From contig JAXLQJ010000002.1 in NCBI GenBank assembly GCA_046331705.1, positions 58,370 through 78,369 on the forward strand: 20,000 bases of DNA, written 5' to 3'. A program made the translations under genes and the position numbers. Of this stretch, positions 15,827 to 20,000 are shown one piece after another. The DNA is from a bacterium. Its GTDB lineage: Bacteria; JADJOY01. A model generated the notes under the pieces. That model was given only the letters and a program-made list of their open reading frames with translations. It ran no database searches and was not told the origin of the DNA. Within the stretch, counting starts at the first letter, position 1; every line of letters begins with the position of its first letter.

Positions 15827-17326
15827 ATGGCGAACGACGAAGCGGACGTGGTGGTCATCGGTGGCGGCCCCGGCGGCCTGAGCTGCGCGGCTGCGCTCGC
15901 GCATCGCGGCGTACGCACGTTGCTCCTCGAGAAGAACTCGCGCATCGGCGGCAAACCGGTCACCGTGTCCCGCAACGGCTACCGCTACGAGCTCGGTCCC
16001 AAGCTCCAGGTACCGATGCGTGGACCCGCGTTCGCGACGCTCTTCGAGGAGCTCGGGATCACGGCGCGCCTGCGCCCGATCCCGCTCACGGCGGCGACGC
16101 TCTCGTATCGGCCGCGGGAAGAGGCGGCGTACCGCACCCTCGTCGCTCCCCAGACCGGCGACGACCCGACTCCGCTCTTCGACCTCTGGGGCCTCGACGA
16201 ACGCGAGCGGCTCGAGGCCTTCTCGATGCTCACGCAGCTCGTGATGCTGGAGGGGCCCGAGCTGGAAGCGCTCGACGACGTCAGCATGCACGACTACCTG
16301 CAGGCGCAGCTGCGCGTGCCGTGGCGCCTCTACAGCTACATGGCGATGCACGCGAACGCGTCGTTGGCGGAGCCCATCGACCGCGTCGCCGCCTCCGAGC
16401 AGGTGCGCATCCTGAAGGACATCGCGTTGCGCGGCGCGGGCGGCTATTACCGGGGCGGCTTCGGGCGCGTCCTCGGCGACCTCGCGGCGGCGTTTCGCGG
16501 CATGGGGGGTGAGATCCGCAACGCGCACCGGGTGGAGCGCATCCGCGTCGAGCACGGGCGCGTGACCGGCGTCGAGACCCAGCACGGCACCATCCGGGCG
16601 CGCGCGGTGGTGAGCAGCGCGGGCATCCAGCCGACCGTCCTCGAGCTGGTGGGCCCCGCGCATTTCGAGACCGGCTACGTGAAGCGCATCCGCGCCCTCG
16701 AGCCGGGATGGGGGTGGGCCAGCGTCCGCTATTTCCTCGACGCACCGGTCTTCCAGACGGGCATGGCGATGCTCTACTCGGACGAGAGCTGGTGGGACCT
16801 GGAACGCGCGCGCCGCGTGAGCGCGGGACACGATCCCGACGAGGTCATCGTGTTCCTCACGGTGCCCGCGGTGTTCGACCCGACGATGGCGCCACCGGGC
16901 CGTCAATGCGTGATCAGCGGCACCATCTGCTCGCCGGACCCGAAGGCCGCGGAGATCGAGCGACTCCATCGCCGCGTCGACGCCATGATGGAGCGGGTCT
17001 ACCCGGACGCGTGGCGCGCCGTCGTCGACCGCGAAGCCGACGGCCCCGCCGAGATCTCCGCCGCCACGCGGCACGCCGTGCTCCCGGGGCAAGGCGGCGA
17101 GTGCGTGGGATTGGGGCAGGTCGTCGGGCAATGCGGGCGACACAAGCCGAAGAACGCGACGCCGCTGCCCGGGCTCTATCTCGCCGGAACCGACGCCGGC
17201 GCGGCGGGCATGGGGACCCATCAAGCCGCGACGTCGGGGATGGTCGCCGCCGCGGCCGTGCTCGCGTACCTGCGCGCCGATTCCCAGCAATTCACGCGCG
17301 GGGCGTTGCTGCCCTACGCCTCGTGA
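15827..17326 (+). CDS. Phytoene desaturase family (COG1233/CrtI/RetSat-like) FAD-dependent oxidoreductase, paralog B1
   Basis: ATG at 15827 with AGGAG RBS, giving 499 aa. DVVVIGGGPGGLSCAAALAHRGVRTLLLEKNSRIGGK; GYRYELGP; YYRGGFG; FDPTMAPPGRQ; TPLPGLYLAGTDAG. Confidence 0.92.
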   Translation: MANDEADVVVIGGGPGGLSCAAALAHRGVRTLLLEKNSRIGGKPVTVSRNGYRYELGPKLQVPMRGPAFATLFEELGITARLRPIPLTAATLSYRPREEAAYRTLVAPQTGDDPTPLFDLWGLDERERLEAFSMLTQLVMLEGPELEALDDVSMHDYLQAQLRVPWRLYSYMAMHANASLAEPIDRVAASEQVRILKDIALRGAGGYYRGGFGRVLGDLAAAFRGMGGEIRNAHRVERIRVEHGRVTGVETQHGTIRARAVVSSAGIQPTVLELVGPAHFETGYVKRIRALEPGWGWASVRYFLDAPVFQTGMAMLYSDESWWDLERARRVSAGHDPDEVIVFLTVPAVFDPTMAPPGRQCVISGTICSPDPKAAEIERLHRRVDAMMERVYPDAWRAVVDREADGPAEISAATRHAVLPGQGGECVGLGQVVGQCGRHKPKNATPLPGLYLAGTDAGAAGMGTHQAATSGMVAAAAVLAYLRADSQQFTRGALLPYAS

Positions 17327-17592
17327 GCCCGCTGCTCCGCGCGGGTGCAGACCTCGACGGCGGTACCCGCGGCCACGCACTCCGCCGTCGCCGAGAGCGC
17401 CGCATCGGGAGGGAACGGGCCGCACGCTCGCCACACCAGCGAGCGCACGGTCTCGACCTTCCCGATCCGATCGGCGAGCTCGCTCAGTGCCTCCACGTCC
17501 CGATGGGCGATCGGCAGGTCGATGGTAGCCGACGCGAGCTGCACGCGAACCGGTGAGACGACTTCGAGAAGATGGGGATCCAGCGCACGCAT
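17314..17592 (-). CDS. Hypothetical protein (92 aa)
   Basis: MRALDPHLLEVVSPVRVQLASATIDLPIAHRDVEALSELADRIGKVETVRSLVWRACG... has a protein-like composition and mostly G/C third positions, and it fills an otherwise empty gap of about 400 bp. It has no clear RBS and overlaps the convergent B1 gene end by 13 bp. Confidence 0.35.
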   Translation of the reverse strand: MRALDPHLLEVVSPVRVQLASATIDLPIAHRDVEALSELADRIGKVETVRSLVWRACGPFPPDAALSATAECVAAGTAVEVCTRAEQRAHEA

Positions 17593-17732
17593 GGTGAGCG
17601 CTCGTGGATCGTCGGCGCGGCGGGAGGGCCGGCGGCGCCAGCGACTCACCGTCGGCTGCACGGCGCACGCGTTTCGAGGTGCGAGCTTCGCGCCAACCGC
17701 GGGCTCGAGCGCCGCGGCGAACGCGATCTCGC

Positions 17733-18419
17733 TCACGCAGCGGCGAGCGGATTGCGTGCGCTCACCACCCATCCCCACAGATTGAGCCAGGGATAGGGGA
17801 ACGGGAACCGCCGAAACGACACGTCCTCGAAGCCCGCCGCGCGCACGATCGCGTGAAGCTCGGCGCGCCGATAGGAGTTCGAGCGCCACCAGCGCTCGAT
17901 GAGCAGCGCCATCAGCCAGTTCCGGCGCGTGATCGCGAACAGCAGCCGGCCGCCCGGGACCAGCCGAGCGCGGAGATGACCGAGCGCCGTCGCCAGCGAG
18001 GCCTTGGGGAGATACTCGAGCATCGCCGAGGACAGCACCACGTCGTAGCCGCTCCACGAGGGAGGCAGCTCGTCGGGCGCCAGCACGTTGGCGATCGTGA
18101 GCCGGACGTTGGTGGCGTCGTTCGCCGCGAGCCAGTCGCGAAGCCGCGCCAGCATCGCCGGAGTGAGATCGAATCCGTCGATCGAGATGCCCGTGAGCCG
18201 GCGGGCGCGAATCACTGCGAGCGCGCCGCGGGTGACCACTCCCGTTCCGCATCCCGCGTCGAGGATGCGCTGGCCCGAGCCCAGGCACAGCTCGTGCGCC
18301 AAGAGGGCGCGGATTCCCGGGCCGTAACCGAGCAGATCGGCGAAGAACCAATGGTAGAGGTCGGTCTTCTCGGTGTAGAGCCGCCGCACCTCCTCCGCGG
18401 ACAGACCGCGACCCTGCAC
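17733..18419 (-). CDS. Class I SAM-dependent methyltransferase (UbiE/Methyltransf_11/25-like)
   Basis: Motif I RILDAGCGTG, post-I IDGFDLTPAML, motif II YDVVLSSAMLEYL and motif III RARLVPGGRLL. GTG start 13 bp after the B2 stop. Confidence 0.9.
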   Translation of the reverse strand: MQGRGLSAEEVRRLYTEKTDLYHWFFADLLGYGPGIRALLAHELCLGSGQRILDAGCGTGVVTRGALAVIRARRLTGISIDGFDLTPAMLARLRDWLAANDATNVRLTIANVLAPDELPPSWSGYDVVLSSAMLEYLPKASLATALGHLRARLVPGGRLLFAITRRNWLMALLIERWWRSNSYRRAELHAIVRAAGFEDVSFRRFPFPYPWLNLWGWVVSARNPLAAA

Positions 18420-18432
18420 GGGGCGGGTCCCG

Positions 18433-19911
18433 TCACGCCGCGCGCGCCGCGGCGTGGTGGTGCTCGAGCACGGCCGCGGCGACGTGGATGCCCGACTCGA
18501 TCGCCTGCTGGGTGCCGACGCCGGTGCCCCCGGCGTCGCAGCCGACGATGAAGAGCCCCTCGATCGGCGTGCGGATGGAGGGCTTGCTGGGGCCGCATTG
18601 ACCGACCACCTGGCCGAGGCCGATGGTCTCTCCGCCTTGGCCGTGGAACACCGACTCGCGGGTGAGGTTGGAGACGTCGCGCGGCGTGTAGAGCTCCTTG
18701 TCCTCGATCGCGTCGGCGAAGCCGGGGAAGGCGTCGAACAGGACCTTCTCCCCCGCCGCCGCCCACGCTTCGATCTCGGCGGCGGTCAGCTGCGGGCTGG
18801 GTGGGCAGAACGAGCCCGACAGCACGATCTGCTTCCCTTCCGGCGCGGCCGTGGGATCGTAGTTCGACGGCACCTCGTAATAGACCACGCCTTCGCGCGA
18901 CGCCTCGCCTTGCGCCGCCGAGCGCAGCCGCTCCAGGCTCCACGGGCTGTCGTCCGAGAACACCACTCCGTACGGCACCTCGATCACCGGACGCTTCAGG
19001 AAATAGCGGTAGCCGAGCAACGCCCACGACGGCACCAGCTCACGGATGCGGCGCACGTAATCGGCAGGGAACTGCTCCTCGCCGACCAGCTTGACCACGG
19101 TCGGCTGAAGCCCGGCGTTGCTGACCACGATCGGCGCTTCGAAGGTGCCTTGGCTCGTCACCACGCCCGTGACGCGGCCGTTCTCCACCACGATGCGCTC
19201 GGTGCGCGCCTTCATGAGCACGCGACCGCCGTTCCTGCGCACCGCCTCGCAATACGCCTCCGCGACCTTGCCGAACCCGCCGCGGCAGAACATGCCGCCG
19301 TGGCGCAGGAACATCGCCTGGAGGCTGCGGATCGCCTCGGCGGCCTCGAGAAGATCGACGGGCACCATGAACATGCCGTCGCAGCACAAGCTCACCAGGA
19401 ACGCGTAGAGCGAGCGCGGCACGCCGCGCGCGGTGATCCAGTCGTGAAAGCTCACGTCGTGGAGCTTCTCGATCTCCTCGGGCGGCATCATCGTCATCTC
19501 GGCGAACATCGCGATCGCCGTGCCGTGGTCTTCCTCCTTCACGCCCAGCCAATCGAAGATCACCATCGGGTCGGTCTCGCCGACGGGCATGTCGGGGAGC
19601 TGCGAGTGGGTCCCGGCGGGTGAGCGGTAGATGGCCCCCTGGTGACCGGGCGCCACCAGCTCCGCGAGATCCTCGACCCCCAGCTCGCGGGCCACCGATT
19701 CGTAGAGGTTGTCGATCACCGGCGCCCCGATCACCACCCACGCCGTGTACGTGAATCCGTTCTTGGTGAGACTCATCGCCTTGCCGCCGGCGCGAGCGTT
19801 CTTTTCCACCAGCAGCACCTTGAGACCGCGACGCGCCAGCAACCCCGCGCAAGCGCTGCCACCGAAGCCCGCCCCCACCACGATCACGTCGTAGGTCTCG
19901 CCCGTCGTCAT
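18433..19911 (-). CDS. Phytoene desaturase family (COG1233/CrtI/RetSat-like) FAD-dependent oxidoreductase, paralog B2
   Basis: YDVIVVGAGFGGSACAGLLARRGLKVLLVEKNARAGGK; FCRGGFG; YDPTAAPEGKQ; TPIEGLFIVGCDAGG. GGAGG RBS upstream. Confidence 0.92.
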   Translation of the reverse strand: MTTGETYDVIVVGAGFGGSACAGLLARRGLKVLLVEKNARAGGKAMSLTKNGFTYTAWVVIGAPVIDNLYESVARELGVEDLAELVAPGHQGAIYRSPAGTHSQLPDMPVGETDPMVIFDWLGVKEEDHGTAIAMFAEMTMMPPEEIEKLHDVSFHDWITARGVPRSLYAFLVSLCCDGMFMVPVDLLEAAEAIRSLQAMFLRHGGMFCRGGFGKVAEAYCEAVRRNGGRVLMKARTERIVVENGRVTGVVTSQGTFEAPIVVSNAGLQPTVVKLVGEEQFPADYVRRIRELVPSWALLGYRYFLKRPVIEVPYGVVFSDDSPWSLERLRSAAQGEASREGVVYYEVPSNYDPTAAPEGKQIVLSGSFCPPSPQLTAAEIEAWAAAGEKVLFDAFPGFADAIEDKELYTPRDVSNLTRESVFHGQGGETIGLGQVVGQCGPSKPSIRTPIEGLFIVGCDAGGTGVGTQQAIESGIHVAAAVLEHHHAAARAA

Positions 19912-19968
19912 CCGTGCCTCCGTGAACGCGTCGACCTGCGGGAGCGAGCCCCCGCGCTCGCGACCGCC

Positions 19969-20000
19969 TCAGCCCTCGAGCATCGCCTCGACGGCACCGA
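19969..20000 (-). CDS. Probable 3' end of an upstream gene cut by the window edge
   Basis: The minus-strand frame reads ...GAVEAMLEG-stop (TGA at 19971-19969) with GC-rich third positions. A short GCGAGC/GCTCGC hairpin lies between it and the B2 RBS. Confidence 0.4.
   Translation of the reverse strand, partial: GAVEAMLEG

Noticed and set aside
10402-19911. Canonical carotenoid or hopanoid cluster, with gene symbols such as crtI, crtO, hpnP
   Set aside because: No crtB, crtE, crtY or shc gene is in the window, and motif-level evidence does not establish orthology. Symbols were withheld.
1-20000. tRNA/rRNA genes, CRISPR arrays, IS elements, and a cobalamin riboswitch upstream of the radical SAM gene
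   Set aside because: No such sequence patterns were seen by eye. The 21-bp gap before the radical SAM gene is too short for a riboswitch. An Infernal/Rfam scan would be needed to exclude small RNAs fully.

Overview
High-GC bacterial DNA (roughly 70% GC by eye) with two parts. (1) Positions 2-7606 hold the 3' portion (at least 2534 codons, open at the left edge) of a giant caspase-like protease gene. Its order is TolB/PD40-type beta-propeller repeats with a DxNxDG Ca-binding loop, a long TPR array, a catalytically dead CHAT copy, a second TPR array, and an intact C-terminal CHAT (His/Cys dyad) domain. (2) Positions 7677-20000 look like a lipid/terpenoid-tailoring neighbourhood. It has a B12-binding radical SAM enzyme, a small membrane protein and a TetR regulator divergent from a translationally coupled pair of phytoene-desaturase-family (COG1233) flavoproteins. 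It also has a MurJ/MviN-fold flippase that appears to lack the canonical lipid II-binding arginines, a second convergent pair of COG1233 paralogs, and a class I SAM methyltransferase. The tetR/oxidoreductase junction carries a CRP-like box, a -10-like hexamer at class II spacing and a palindromic TetR-type operator. I saw no RNA genes, CRISPR arrays or mobile elements. All family assignments and alignments were made by eye from motifs, without database searches.
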